From Chiloscyllium plagiosum (lineage: Eukaryota): 64,000 bases of DNA. Location: assembly GCF_004010195.1 (NCBI RefSeq), contig NC_057749.1, positions 20,796,394 to 20,860,393 on the forward strand, written 5' to 3'. A model generated the notes under the pieces. It was not told where the DNA came from. It made no database searches and was given only the letters and a program-made list of their open reading frames with translations. Numbering within the stretch: the stretch's first letter is position 1; every line of letters starts with the position of its first letter. Below are positions 35,596 to 48,974 of this stretch, piece by piece. A program made the position numbers and the translations under genes.

Positions 35596-36250
35596 GATAA
35601 ATACCTGAGGGGTGGAGTCAGTCAGAGTGCACCTGAGGTGAATAGCAGCAGCAGGATAATTACCTGAAGAGTGTGATCAGTCAAAGTGACCCTGGGGGTA
35701 AACAGCAGGATAAATACCTGAGAGACAGGGTCAGTCAGAATGAACTGGGGGTGAATAGCAGCAGCAGAATAAATACCTGAGGACTGGGGTCATTCAGAGC
35801 AAACCTGGGGGTGAACAGCAGCAAGATAAATACCTAAGGAGTGGGGTCAGTCTGAGGTTGGGCATGAACGGCAACGCATGATAAATACCTGAGGAGTGGG
35901 GTCAGTCTGAGTGAACTTGGGCATGAACGGCAGCGCATGATAAATACCTGAGGAGTGGGGTCAGTCTGAGCGAACTTGGGCATGAACGGCAGCGCATGAT
36001 TAATACCTGAGGAATGGGGTCAGTCTGAGCTTGGGCATGAACGGCAGCGCATGATAAATACCTGAGGAGTGGGGTCAGTCTGAGCGAACTTGGGCATGAA
36101 CAGCAGCGCATGATTAATACCTGAGGAATGGGGTCAGTTAGATTGACACTGGGGGTGAACAGCAGGATAAATACCTGAGGAGCGGGTCGGTCAGAGTGAC
36201 CCTAGGGGTGAACAGTAGGATAAATACCTGAGAGTGGGGTCAGTCAGAAC
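35596..36250 (+). repeat. Minisatellite, ~12 units of 53-59 bp
   Basis: Consensus GATAAATACCTGAGGAGTGGGGTCAGTCTGAG..TGAAC(G/A)GCAGC; central units nearly identical, edges diverged. Confidence 0.95.
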
Positions 36251-37524
36251 TAACATGGAGTCGAATTTAATGGCAGAGCTCCGGAGGTGATGTCATGTCT
36301 TAAAAGGTGACCTAGGCTTGGATGCTCATGAACCAGGTTTACAAACTGGACAAACTTTGTTTTTGCTTGAATGTTTGCAGGCTATGCTGTACTGTTCTTT
36401 GTTCAAACCAACCACTTTTTAATGTTAAACTTCAGCTCATGATTTTTGAGTTACTTAATATTGATTTGAATGATTGAATTGAATTGAATTGAATATTTTA
36501 TTGTCAATTGTGAAAAGTGTAATATATCGCCCTTCTCTGGAGCCATTTTGAATTACAGAAGATATAAAGACATAACTAAAAGTATAACTAAAATATAACT
36601 AAACTAGCTTGTCTAACCTCGCTCCATAACTCAGATCATTGAGTCCAGGCAACATCCTTGTAAATTTCTTTTGCACTCTTTCCAGTTTAACAACATCCTA
36701 CCGAGAGCAAGGTGACCAAAACTGAACACAATACCCCAAGTGTGGCCTCACCAACATCCTGTGTAACTGCAACATAACTTCCCAACTTCTATACTCAGTG
36801 TCCTGACTGACAAAGGCCAGTGTGCCAAAAGCTTTCTTCACTGCCCTGTCTATTTGTGACTCCACTCTCAGAGAACTGTGAACCTGAACTCAAAGATCCT
36901 GCAGTTCTACTACACTCCTTAAGGCCCTACCACGTACCATAAAATTCCTACCTTGATTTGACTTTCTAAAATGCAAGACCTCACACTTAGCTATGCTAAA
37001 CTCCATTTGCCATTTTTTGGCCCACTTCCCCGGGTCTTGCCACAATTTCTGATAACCTTTCTCATTGACAATGATACCGCCGGTTTTAGTGTCATCTGCA
37101 AACTTACTAATCATGCCTTGTACATTCTCATCCAAACAATTGATATAGATAAGCAATGGGCCCAGCACCGCTCCTGAGACACTTCACTAGTCAGAGGCCT
37201 CCAATCCAACAAGCATCCTTCCACTATTACACTCTGCTTCCTAGACTACACCTCCTCCCACCCTGCCCCCCGTAAAAACGCCATCCCATATTCCCAATTC
37301 CTTCATCTCCGCCGCATCTGCTCCCATGAGGACCAGTTCCAATACCGAACAACCCAGATGGCCTCTTTCTTCAAAGACCACAATTTCCCCCCAGACGTGG
37401 TCGATGATGCTCTCCACCGCATCTCCTCCACTTCCCGCTCCTTCACCCTTGAGCCCCGCTCCTCCAATCGCCACCAGGACAGAACCCCACTGGTCCTCAC
37501 CTACCATCCTACCAACCTCCATAT

Positions 37525-37705
37525 NNNNNNNNNNNNNNNNNNNNNNNNNNNNNNNNNNNNNNNNNNNNNNNNNNNNNNNNNNNNNNNNNNNNNNNNNNNN
37601 NNNNNNNNNNNNNNNNNNNNNNNNNNNNNNNNNNNNNNNNNNNNNNNNNNNNNNNNNNNNNNNNNNNNNNNNNNNNNNNNNNNNNNNNNNNNNNNNNNNN
37701 NNNNN
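37525..37705. other. Assembly gap (N run)
   Basis: Ns. Confidence 1.
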
Positions 37706-38083
37706 AACTCCCCCTCCCACTCCACCAAGGACATGCAGGTCCTTGGACTCCTCCATCGCCAGACCATAGCAACACAACAGCTGGAGGAAGAGCGCCTCAT
37801 CTTCCGCCTAGGAACCCTCCAACTACAAGGGATGAACTCAGACTTCTCCAGTTTCCTCATTTCCCCTCCCCCCCCTTTGTCTCAGTCCCAACCCTCGATC
37901 TCAGCACCACCTTCCTAACCTGCAATCTTCTTCCTAACCTCTCCACCCCCACCCCCACTCCGGCATATCACCTTCACCTTATCACCCTCACCCTAACCTC
38001 CTTCCATCTATCGCATTTCCAATGCCTCTCCCCAAGTCCCTCCTCCCTACCTTTTATCTTAGCCTGCTTGGCACACTTTCTTC

Positions 38084-38119
38084 ATTCCTGAAGAAGGGCT
38101 CATGCCCGAAACGTCGATT
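38084..38119 (+). ncRNA. Minimal hammerhead ribozyme motif
   Basis: ATTC-CTGAAGA-A-GGGC-TCAT-GCCC-GAAA-CGTC-GATT. Confidence 0.8.
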
Positions 38120-39934
38120 CTTCTGCTCCTTGGATGCTGCCTGAACTGCTGCGCTTTTCCAGCAACATATTTTCAGCTCTGATCTCCAGCATCTGCAGTC
38201 CTCACTTTCTCCTAGCATCAAGTCAATTTTGTATCCAATTTGCCAGCTCGCTCTGGATTCCATGTGATCTCACCTTCCAGAGCAGCCTACCTGAAACCTT
38301 ATCAAACGCCTCAGTGAAATCCATATGGACTACATCTACTGCCCTGCCCTCGTCAACCTTCCTGGTTACTTCATCAAAGAACTCTAACAAATTTCTGAGG
38401 CATGATCTCCCTTGCACAAAGCCATGCTGACTGCTCCTAGTCAAACCCTGTCTTTCCAAATGCATGTATATCTTATCTCTCAGAATCTTCTCAAGTAACG
38501 TACCCATCACAGATGTTAAGCTTTAATTCCCAGGCTTTTCTTTGCAGCCCTTCTTGAATAATGACACAACATTTGCTACCCACCAGTCTTCTGGGACCTC
38601 ACCCGTGACCAATGATGATTAAAAAATATCAGCCAGGACCCTTGCAATTTCTTCTCTAGCCTGTTGCAGTGTTCTTGGATATATCTGGTCAGGACCAGGA
38701 GATTTATTCATCTTCATACATTCTAATATATCCAACACCTCCTCTACTGTGATATAGACTGTCCCTAAGATATCACCACTAACTTCCCAACTTCTCATGT
38801 CTTCATGTCTTTCTCCATGGTAAACACAGAAGATAAATATTCATTGATAACCTTGCCCATCTTCTGCGTTTCTACACATACATGTCCACTTTGGTCCGCG
38901 AGGGCCCTTATTCTCGCTCTCTAGTTATTCTTTTTCCTTTAGTATACTTAAAGTACCTCTTTGGATTCACCCTAATCTTCTCAGCCAAGGCTGTCTCATG
39001 CCCCTTTCGCCCTGATTTCCTTCTTCAGTAAACTCCTGTATTCCCTGTATACCTCCAGGGATTCCCTTGATCCCAGTCTCTAAAACGGTCTCCAGGCTGT
39101 CACTATAATGGGCTCTGGGCCCACAAAGGCCTCTCATTGCAGTCAATTCTAGGAGTCCCACTCCAGGACCATCATTACCCCTGCAACCGCCACTTTGCCT
39201 CCACTGCCAGGAGTACCACACTGGTACCACTGCGCCTTTGCCATTTAACCTCTGCTCCCATCACTACCAGGAGTATGATTTGGGCCTACCACATTGCTGC
39301 AGCTAAAACCCAACATATCCAATTCCAATACTGACCACAGATGCCAGCTTCTCTGTTGATGCCACCAAAAGAAGTAAAGAAGATAAAAAGGAAAGAGATA
39401 AAAGAAAAAGGATGCTTGATTTGTATTTTACTCTCCCTGCCCCATTTTTGAACTTAAAATGTCAGTTTTTTTGGTAAATCAACTTATTTCTGATAGTCAA
39501 TAAATTTGAATTATTTAACTAAATATGAATTGAATTTGCAGTTTTGTTTTTGTATATTGGCAAGGAGGCTCATACTGTCTACCCTAGGGTTCATCTCCCC
39601 AAGTGGAAACATCCTCCCAGTATCCACCCCATCAGTCCCATCTGAATCTTATACATTTCAGTCAGGTCATGTCGTATTCTTCCAAATCCCAATGGGTAGA
39701 GATTATGACATTTCAAGTGCTCATCCAAGTAGTTCTTAAAGGTTGTGAGGTTTCCAAGGCAGTGCATTCCCACCATGCTCTGGATTTTTCTTCCTTAAAT
39801 CCCTTCTAAACCTCCTGCCTTTCACCTTAATATTATTCCTCTTTATTATTGACTCTACAACAAAGGGAATCAGGTGCTTTCTATTCACTCTGTCCATACA
39901 CTTCAATCTTATACACCTCAACATGGTCCAGGCT

Positions 39935-40555
39935 CAGCCTTCGCTGAGCTATCATGTCTGTGTGGAGTTTGCACATTCTTCCCATGTCTGCGTGGATTTC
40001 TTCCAGGTGCTCCAGTGTCCTCCTACAGTCCAAAGATGTGCAGGTTAGTTGAATTCGCTGTGCTAAATTGCCCATAGTGTTCAGTGATGGCATTGGTCAG
40101 GGATAAATGTAGAATAATAGGATAGGAGAATGGGTTTAGGTGGGTTACTCTTCGGAGGGTTGGTGTGGACTTGTTGGGCTAAACAGCCTTACTTCCACAC
40201 TGTAGGGATTCTAGGGTGGCACGGTGGCTTAGTGGTTTGCACTGCTGCCTCACAGCGCCAAGGACCTGTGTTCGTGTCCAGCCTCCTGTCTGTGTGGAGT
40301 TTGCACATTCTCTCCGTGTCTGTGTGGGTTTTCTCTGGGTGCTCCAGTTTCCTCCCACAATCCAAAGATGTGTAGGTTAGGTGAATTGGCCATGCCAAAT
40401 TACCCATAGTGTTCACGGATGTGGAGGTTAGGTGCATTAGTCTGGGGCACAGGTAAAGTAATGGGGAATGGGTTTGGGTGGGATACTCTTTGGAGGGTCA
40501 GTGTGGACTTGTTGGGCCAAAGGGCCTGCTTCCACACTGTAGGAATTCTAAGATT
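39935..40555 (+). mobile_element. Two head-to-tail HE1-type SINEs (39935-40212, 40213-40555)
   Basis: V domain tgtgtggagtttgcacattct twice; tails ccacactgtagg.attcta. Confidence 0.88.
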
Positions 40556-40806
40556 CTAAAAACCTTCCCTGAACTGCTTCCAATGCATTAACTTCCTTCC
40601 ATGACTATGGTGACCCTCAGATGTGACCTCAGGAATACCTGAAGTTCAACCTCTATACTTTTGCATTCGATTCTCCTCACAATAAACTATACCATTCTAT
40701 TAGCTTTCCTGATCACTCACTGCACCTGCATACTAACTTTCTGTGATTCAAGTAGATCTCTCTCCATCTCAGAGCTCTATAAACTCTCACCATTTAGGTA
40801 ATATAC

Positions 40807-41008
40807 TTAATTTTTTTTTAGGAGAAAGTGAGGTCTGCAGATGCTGGAGATCAAAGTTGAAACTTTATTGCTGGAACAGCACAGCAGGTCAGGCAGCATC
40901 CAGGGAATTCCTGAAGAAGGGCCTGTGCCCGAAACGTCGAATCTCCTGTTCCCTGGATGCTGCCTGACCTGCTGTGCTGTTCCAGCAATAAAGTTAATTT
41001 TTTTTTAG
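40807..41008. mobile_element. Penelope pLTR-only hairpin with 15-bp TSD
   Basis: ttaatttttttttag at 40807-40821 and 40994-41008; inverted arms. Confidence 0.9.
40907..40942 (+). ncRNA. Minimal hammerhead ribozyme motif, best-preserved copy
   Basis: ATTC-CTGAAGA-A-GGGC-CTGT-GCCC-GAAA-CGTC-GAAT: helix I ATTC/GAAT and helix II GGGC/GCCC both perfect, palindromic ACGT in place of helix III. Confidence 0.85.
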
Positions 41009-41131
41009 CCAAAGTTGACAATTTCATACTTCTCCATTGTACTCCATTTATTTTATCTTTTCCACTCACTTAACCTATATCCCTTTGTAGGCTACTAACG
41101 TCCCATTCACAACTCACTTTCCTACCTATCT

Positions 41132-41464
41132 GATTAGATTAGATTAGATTAGATTACTTTACAGTGTGGAAACAGGCCCTTCGGCCCAACAAGTCCACAC
41201 CGACCCGCCGAAGCGCAACCCACCCAGACCCATTCCCCTACATTTACCCCTGCACCTAACACTACGGGCAATTTAGCGTGGCCAATTCACCTGACCTGCA
41301 CATTTTTGGACTGTGGGAGGAAACCGGAGCACCCGGAGGAAACCCACGCAGACATGGGGAAAATGTGCAAACTCCAGACAGTCAGTCGCCTGAGGCGGGA
41401 ATTGAACCCGGGTCTCTGGCGCTGTGAGGCAGCAGTGCTAACCACTGTGCCACCGTGCCGCCCG
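41132..41464 (-). mobile_element. Young full-length HE1-type SINE, possible ctatct TSD
   Basis: (GATTA)n tail, V domain, tRNA head. Confidence 0.93.
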
Positions 41465-42669
41465 CTATCTTTGTGTCTTCAGTAAATTCAGCTACCACAC
41501 CTTCGATCCTTTCATCCAAATTATTTATGTAAAGCATCGATCCTTGTGGAACACCATTCAGGGCATTCTACCAGCCTGAAAAAGGCACAGTTATTGCTAC
41601 TTTCTGCTTCTTATTAGCCAGCCATTCCTCTGTCCATGACAATACATTATCCCCTACACCATGAGCTTTTGATGTCTTTGATGTTAGAATTAGGATCGGA
41701 ATTAGAATTAGATTTATTGCCATATGTACTCACATGAGTGCAGTGAAAAGTTTACAAAGTTACCACTTGTGGTGCCATCTTAGGTACAAAGGTACCTAGG
41801 TGCAGGATCTTAGGAATAAATTAGAAAAATAAAGAAATAAAAAGTTCAGCATAACAGTCCTTCACGTCATCTTAGGTATAAGATACAGATGTGGCGCCTT
41901 ATCAAATTTCTTCTGGAAATCTAAATATGACACATCCACTGATTCCCCTTTATTTCCAGCACAGGTTACTTCTTCAAAGAACTCCAATAAATTAATTAAA
42001 CATGATTGCCCTTTGACAAAACTATATTGGCTCTGCTTGATTACCTTGAACGTGTCCAAGTGCAGTGTTATAACATCTTTACTTATAGTTTCTAACATTT
42101 TCCCTATGACGTGATAAACTGTTTGGCCGTAGTTTGCAGCTTTCTGCCTCCCACCCTTTTATATTAGCTAATTTTCAAGGTAAACAAACCTTCCCTGAAT
42201 CTAATGAATTTTGGAAAATTAGAACCAACACATCAGCTTTTACTGGCTATTTCTTTTCAAACTCTTGGATGAAGTCCATCAGGACCTGAGACATGTTACC
42301 TCTTAGTTCCAACAATTTACTCAGTACTTCTTCCTTTGCAATTGTAATTTTCTTGTATTCTTCCCTTCTGTACAATTCCTGATTAAGAGCAATTTGCGGA
42401 ATGTTATTTATGTCCTAATTCCTAGCTACACACAAGATACTATATTTACTTAAAAGATATTCAGCAAAAATTATTAAACTTCTCCAGTGGCATGACTGTG
42501 TTGATGAATGTGAGGTAAGATTTGTGATTTTGATTTATCTTAATACCATTCATGTTAGAATTTGGATTTTGAACCAGTGGTATATGCATTTGGCTTATGT
42601 GTTTAAGAGTGTTTAATGAGTAACTTGGAAGTAATTCTATAGCTAAATTGATTTCCTTTCAACTATTGT

Positions 42670-43683
42670 ATTAGAGTGAGAGAAAGACTTCCTGGAGAGT
42701 AATGGGGTTTTGTTTACGTCTGGGGAGTTTACAAGTGACGGGGAGTTTGTTTACATCTGGGGAGTTTGGGCAGCACGGTGGCACAGTGGTTAGCACTGTT
42801 GCCTCACAGCGCCAGAGACCCGGGTTCAATTCCCGCCTCAGGCGACTGACTGTGTGGAGTTTGCACGTTCTCCCCGTGTCTGCGTGGGTTTCCTCCGGGT
42901 GCTCCGGTTTCCTCCCACAGTCCAAAAGATGTGCAGGTCAGTTGAATTGACCATGCTAAATTGCCCGAAGTGTTAGGTAAGGGGTAAATGTAGGGGTATA
43001 GGTGAGTTGTGCTTTGGCGGGGCGATGTGGACTTGTTGGGCCGAAGGGCCTGTTTCCACACTGTAAGTAATCTAATCTGACAAAATTAATACTGAAGTGG
43101 ATTAGGCTTTCAGATAGAAGATCCTGGAATTTGTTTGGGGCTGATGAGGTGCACCCATAGCCTAAAATAAAAGCTTGGACAGTTTTGCAGAAGTCTTGTC
43201 TGAAGCTGGATATATAAAGCAGTTGCAGAAAGTCAGGTAGTTAAGAAACCTTGGTGTAATGACTTTAGTTTAAAAGTTCCTGACTAGAAGTGTTTGGTTA
43301 AACTGTGAAGTGGTTATTTGAAATTGAGTAAGTCCCAGCTTAGTTGCATGATGACTCCAGGAAGAGGCTGTCAGATTTCAAACAGGACTTGAAGCTACAA
43401 TTAAATTAAACTTGATAGATGTGAAAGAGAAGGAAATTCTCTCTAAGGAGCGTTATTGTGATTAATGAGATTGTATTTTACTGTATGCTTCACAATCTTT
43501 AAATGTGTTTTACATAATAAACTTCTGTTTTATGGTTAAGACCAGATCTGCATCATTGCATGCATGTGTTTCAGTGAAAGACCAGTTAGATAAAACAAAA
43601 AAAAACCCAAAATATTATAATTAAGCCAACTTTCAGTCTGGTGTCTGACTTGTTCAGTAATAACATCAGCTGGGATCACAACA
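42670..43683 (+). mobile_element. Old LTR-like repeat (related to 29050-29810) containing a HE1 SINE
   Basis: AATAAA at ~43516, ends ..gggatcacaaCA; similarity to 29640-29810. Confidence 0.5.
42768..43078 (+). mobile_element. Young full-length HE1-type SINE
   Basis: gggcagcacggtggcacagtggttagc..gggttcaattccc..taatctaatct. Confidence 0.93.
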
Positions 43684-45384
43684 GTGAGCAACAACAATAT
43701 ACACTTAAATGGTGTCTTTAACATTACGGAATGTTAGGGTGCTTCACAGGAGCATAACAAAACTAAGAGTGACACCAAGTTACTGAAAGTGATATTAGAG
43801 CAGGTGATCAAAAGTTTGCAAGCCTTAAGATATGTTTAAAGGAAGAAAGCATGGTAGAATGGCGGTGAAGCTTAGGGAGGAAATCCAGAACATGTGTGGA
43901 AAATTAGTGAAATTTGGGGGGATGTGATTAATAATAAACTGAAGCTCACAAAACAATGTGTATTGACAGTCAAACAAATCATTTTTGGGAAGTTTTCAAT
44001 GATGAATATTGAACCAAAATAGTGAGGATATCCAGCCACTTTATAAATCATTTCAAGTTTAATCCTTGCAATACTGCATACGTTTTTGGCCACTGCAACA
44101 CTAAAAGGACATTGCAGTTAATGAGAGGACACGAAAAGGGATAATGAAAATGAGGGATCATGATGTGTGATTATGTAAACTGGACACGTTCTCAATAGAA
44201 AAGTGAAATTTGAGAAGTGATTTTAGCTTTTTGTAGGATTCTAAATGAATGATATATGCGAATTGTGACAAGCAATTTTGTCTTGCCTGGTATGTTGGTC
44301 TCAGCTTGCACTTGAAGTGGGGGTAAATGCAAGATTAATCTGTGGAAACATTATTATTATAGTTATTGAATTGTAAATCTATGGAACAGGCTCCCTAGGG
44401 TGATGGTGGAAGCAGATAGTGTTAATTTGTTCAAATGCAAATTACTAATTTCTTTCAGAAAGTTATATTTGGGATGAAGTATTTAAGTTATTTCAGACAT
44501 GACATATGGTAAGTGCAGCCTGCTTGTGAGGAACAAGTGATTTTGGACCTATGGTTACTAAAGCTTTCCTGACGACTGGGGTTTTCTTGTATCATGTCTG
44601 GGAGTGTTGTAGCCAAATTGATAGAGATTGATTGCTACAATTAGTAAGCAACTGAATATAAAGGTTGCACATGTAATGCAGAAGTGGAAAGTAATATGCT
44701 GCTCCAAATTGTCAAATCATGTGACTACCATGAGCATAGAAAGTGGATGGACCAATTTTTGTCTCTAAGAGCTTAGCCAATGCTCACAAGACAATCCAGC
44801 AAACAAATGCAGAAATGGACTGCCTCATTTTATTCAAGATATTGCAATTAGATGAAATGAGTTTCTTAAATTGTTTTATGGGGGAAGCTAATTTTAAAAG
44901 TTATATAATGTATCCAAAGGAAAGAACCATGAGATCAGGTAATGAACACTTGATGAAAATATCTTTTAGTTGAAGCTGTTTGAGGTTTACAATCATGTTC
45001 CTTTTTGATGTTAATGAATGCCACAGAATTCCTCAGACATATTCATGCTTTGTACTATATTTGGTATATTAGAAATATGACATAGATCTTTACTGTTTGG
45101 AGGCAGCCAACCTGACTAAATACTATGGTTTCACAGAAGCTGTTACTTGTATAAATTTTGATGATCCTTTCAGACTCTGATAACAATCAGTTTTATGACA
45201 TTTGAGTGGAGATCAGCTTACATTTGGTGGTGAGCCTAACATGGCTTCTTAATTCTGGCAGAGTGATACTGACACATTCTTGGAGCAACTTTCTTACGTT
45301 TTGTAGGAAGTTAAAACAAGTAAGAAGTCGAAAGACAGTCAGGTGTCTTTGTAGGTTAAACACTCGACCGATCCTACCAATGTG

Positions 45385-45490
45385 GAACAAACAAAGAGAA
45401 TGCTGGAGAAACCCAACAGGTCTGGCAGCATCTGTGGAGAGAGAAACAGAGTTAACATTTCGAGTCCAGGATGATTATTGTTCAGAACCA
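45385..45490 (-). mobile_element. Old Penelope pLTR fragment with degenerate hammerhead
   Basis: ggtctggcagcatctgtggagagagaaacagagttaacatttcgagtcc..ttcagaac. Confidence 0.6.
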
Positions 45491-45909
45491 ACCAATATGG
45501 AACAAAACTCAGTGAATTTGGTAGAATATCGAATTCAAAAAGGTAGAGTACAAGTCTGAGAGAACTGTATGAAATGTTACAAAGTGCTGGTCATACCACA
45601 CCTTCAATCCTCTGGTTGTTAAACAATGGGTGCGTTCAAATGCTTGAAGGCAGCAAAGAGGTGAAACATGAGGCTGAACTCTAGTGTTACAAATATGAGA
45701 TTTTCTAAGCTGATTAAGTTTTAGAGTGTCTTGTTCAAGATGAAACAACTGTTTTTGATTGAGAGATGGTGATTGTACTAATTAAACCTGGAGATGTGCC
45801 TCTCTGTTACATCTGTAACAGAAACCTGTTGAAAATAATATTTTTCACACTTGGACACAGAAGAAGAGGTGTTTGCCTAGACACAGAGACACACAAACCC
45901 AGAGGCACA

Positions 45910-48100
45910 GGGCAGAATATTTCCCTCCCTGATGTGATGTGAGCAATGGCAAGTAAGGTGGGAATATATGGTGAGAATGAAACATTCAGATTTTCAACAT
46001 TGAGAAAAGGTTTCCCAATTTTCTCCTCAAGCTGAAAATGATGACTTCAGAATCTTGCCATTGAGCACCAACTATCTTATTTCAATTCATTTACATCTCA
46101 ATAAAAACCCAACTCGCCTCGTTTATATGTCACTTGCAATTCTCCTGTTCCTTCATCAAGGAACTAGATGGCATACATTCCTGATATGTGAGACAGAATG
46201 CGTATACGTCAGCTCCTGCTCACCAAATGCTTGTCCCAGCCATCGTGCAACTCCTTCTTTAGAACACTGCCCCTGCATACTCCATGGCCACCATCCTCCT
46301 TGACCTTTCATTTGCACAGGTAGACATCAGCAAACCATCAGCCCCATCATGTCATCATGGTTGCTCTCAGACTAACAAACTCAGACGCTGCTTCAGCCCT
46401 TCAGGATTTTACTTTGGAGCTCAGGGATACATATCACTTCTATGCTTCTGCCAGGACACTTTCTATGCGGGGTCTTGCATCTCATAAATCGACGTAGAAT
46501 GATCTTGCACTCAAATGGACCCCTGCATCTTATGGTCCTTAGCTTAATTTATAGCACTCAGTCATTTTCTTGTGTATTTAGAAACTGCCAGCTTCTGTGT
46601 GGGTCTTGTTGCTTTGTGAGCTTAGAAGATCTTTAGTGCTCAGTTACAGGCTGCCAGCATCTGTGGCTTGCATCGCTTTTTAATGTTGAGGAGAAGGCAG
46701 GAACTTGCCACAGTTTGGTGCAGTGAACAGTTAGAGGATGGACATATTGCTGTATGGGACGATGCTACAACAATGTCACATTTGCAGCATACAACAGTAG
46801 TTTATGTGGCAAACCAGCTGCACATGCTTCAAAGGAAATAGTCCTTAACGGGGTGAAGAGGGACTGCAGACAGTCAGGGGGTACAATCACAGTCAATCCT
46901 ATTCCAGTCCAAGAGATTGGCCATGGTCACTCAGGTGTTTGGTTTACCTAAGTCCAGGGATTTGTGACCTTACAGTCCTGGAATTAGATGATCGTCAGTC
47001 TTGCAGGCCAAGTATAAAAATAGTTCCGGTGTTACCGATGGATCGTTTGGGATCTGTGGACTCATCTGTGCATGGGGTGGACCAGTGTTTCCTGTAATGA
47101 AACAGAGGGAGTATTGAGTATGATGACAGTGGATGGAAGAGCAGTTAGTGGCGATGCATGAGCAGGAGAGATAGTGAGGTGTCCTCAGTGAATGAGTAGA
47201 AAGTGCAGAGGGCAGGATGGAAGTAGTTTGGGGAGATGAGATGGATGAGAGCTGTTGATATGATGCTTACATAAGTGAGAGTTGTAATCTGTGAACCTTT
47301 TTAAAATGCATGTGCAGTAGTGAGGGAATAGAGAGAATTTGATGGCACCTACTGTTGCTAAAGTGCAGGAGATCATTTACCTTAATTGATTGATTGATTG
47401 AGTCACTTTTACCGAAGTACAGTGAAAAGCTTTGTTTACGAGCAGAACAGGCAGATCATAGTCAGCAAGGATATACAGAACAAATGATTTCGACAGAGGC
47501 ATACAGATAACATTGCACAGGGCGTACAAGAGAGATCAACATTATCAAGATCAGCATTATTTGAGGCTAGAGAATCTATTCAATAACAGCCAGAAAAAAG
47601 TTGTCCCTGAACTTACTGGTGCATGTGTTCAGGCTTCTGTATCTTCTGCCCGATGGAAGAAGTTGTAGGAAATCATTACCGGGGTGTGAAGGGTCTTTGA
47701 TTATGTTGGCAGCCTTTCCACGGCAGCAAGCCATGTCAATGAAGCCCATGGATAGAACTTTGGCTCCCATGATGGCCTGGGCTGTGCACACTAACCTCTG
47801 TAGTTTCCTGCGATCCTAAGCAGCTAGTTGCCATACTAGGCCGTTATGCATCTGGACAGTATGCTTTCAATTGTGCATCTGTAGTGTTTATTTTGCACTA
47901 CTGGATATTATACATCATTCAACTTCCTGGCCTTTAATTTGTGTCTAGCTTAGTCTCATGGTGTGGCCTTCTGTGACAGTCAGCTGCCCACCTCTTCATC
48001 AAACCATCCACCAACATCCCTATGTCTCTGTCTGTGAAATGAGGAGCAAACTTTCCTTTTCTCTGGGCTGTGTTAAATATTGTGGCTTGGGTATCAGAAT
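45910..48100. mobile_element. Very decayed PIF/Harbinger-like remnant (Myb/SANT ORF trace on minus strand ~47880-48050; possible transposase trace on plus strand)
   Basis: Minus strand APHFTDRDIGMLVDGLMKR..RRPHHETKL resembles Harbinger Myb/SANT N-terminus; gggcagaatattt terminus at 45910. Confidence 0.45.
47390..47885 (-). mobile_element. Rex1/Babar-type LINE 3' fragment
   Basis: YRCTIESILSRCITA..CRGKAANIIKDPSHPGNDFLQLLPSGRRYRSL; (TCAA)n tail. Confidence 0.8.
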
Positions 48101-48454
48101 GTGAAGGGTAGTTCCCAGCTTCCAGTGTCTGAGATAGAGTGCAGCTGAGCTTGAAATATGGTGTCAGGGCTTAGAAATCCAGTAAGTTCCAGCAGTGGGG
48201 AGCACTTTCATCTTTCTAGCTGTGCAGTTTTCTCAGAAAGGTACCAAAGAATCCAGTTGCTTGATTCACATGTGAAGCATGTGAGAAAAGTTGCTTTGGG
48301 CTATAGCAGACCAGGCCATAAATCTCACTGAACAAAACACTTATCTGAAAATGGGGACGTTCTGCTCATAGAAAGACAGAAACAATTGCTGCTGTTAAGA
48401 GCAGAGAAAAACCTAGTTTTGTGTTACCCACCAGGAAGCTTGTTGCTGAGAAGG

Positions 48455-48745
48455 AGTAGCATGATGGTTAGTACCGCTACCTCACAGCGCCAGGGACCGG
48501 GTTCGATTCCAGCCTTGGGTCACTGTCTTTGTGAAGTTTGCACGTTCTTCCCTTGTCTATGTGGGTTTCCACTGGCTGCTAATTACCTTCCAGAGTCCAA
48601 AGATGTGCAGGCTTGGTGGCTTGGCCATGGTAAGTGCAGGATTATGGGGATGGGATGGGTCTGAGTGAGATGCTCTTTGGAGGGTCAGTGTAGACTTGAT
48701 GTGCTTAATGGCTTCTATCTGCACTGAGGGATTGTATGATTCTAA
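48455..48745 (+). mobile_element. Older HE1-type SINE
   Basis: ggttcgattcc B box, tgtgaagtttgcacgttct. Confidence 0.8.
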
Positions 48746-48974
48746 CTGCTTCTCCATTTGAAGAGATAGACTTGCAGAGGTATCACTAAGTTAGGTCTTG
48801 CAGTAAGTTGGTTGAGTATTTTCAGAGAACACTGGAAAACTCAGCCTGGCATGGGAGGGAGAAGGACCCCTGATGAAAAAGCTGGAAAGAGCTTGGAACT
48901 TGACTGTCAAAGCTATATTGCTGCTGGAAACCTAGCATGAAGAATGAACATAAAATATTATGGTTGTGACAGTT

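Larger units (their letters stand above)
37243..38214 (+). mobile_element. 5'-truncated Penelope element with pLTR, spanning a gap
   Basis: DYTSSHP..KNAIPYSQFL; MASFFKDHNFP; LEEERLIFRLGTLQLQGMNSDF; tcctag at both junctions. Confidence 0.92.
36610..39085 (-). mobile_element. CR1 RT region split by a Penelope insertion
   Basis: QHGFVQGRSCLRNLLEFFDEVT..MDFTEAFDKV; LGPLL..SKFADDTKTGG. Confidence 0.9.
39590..42420 (-). mobile_element. Old CR1 LINE hosting three HE1 SINEs, a Penelope hairpin and other inserts
   Basis: QSQYSFVKGQSCLINLLEFFEEVT..YLDFQKKFDKAPH (41862-42098); 3' part near 39700-39925. Confidence 0.8.

Noticed and set aside
35596..36250. CRISPR-like regular repeat
   Set aside because: The inter-motif sequences are homologous to each other rather than unique spacers; there are no cas genes and the context is vertebrate.
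42768..42840. Possible tRNA gene (A and B boxes)
   Set aside because: Continues directly into the V domain and CR1-like tail: a SINE head, as for all similar heads in the window.
41132..43078. Inverted pair of similar sequences
   Set aside because: Two independent young HE1 SINE copies; similarity stops at the SINE ends.
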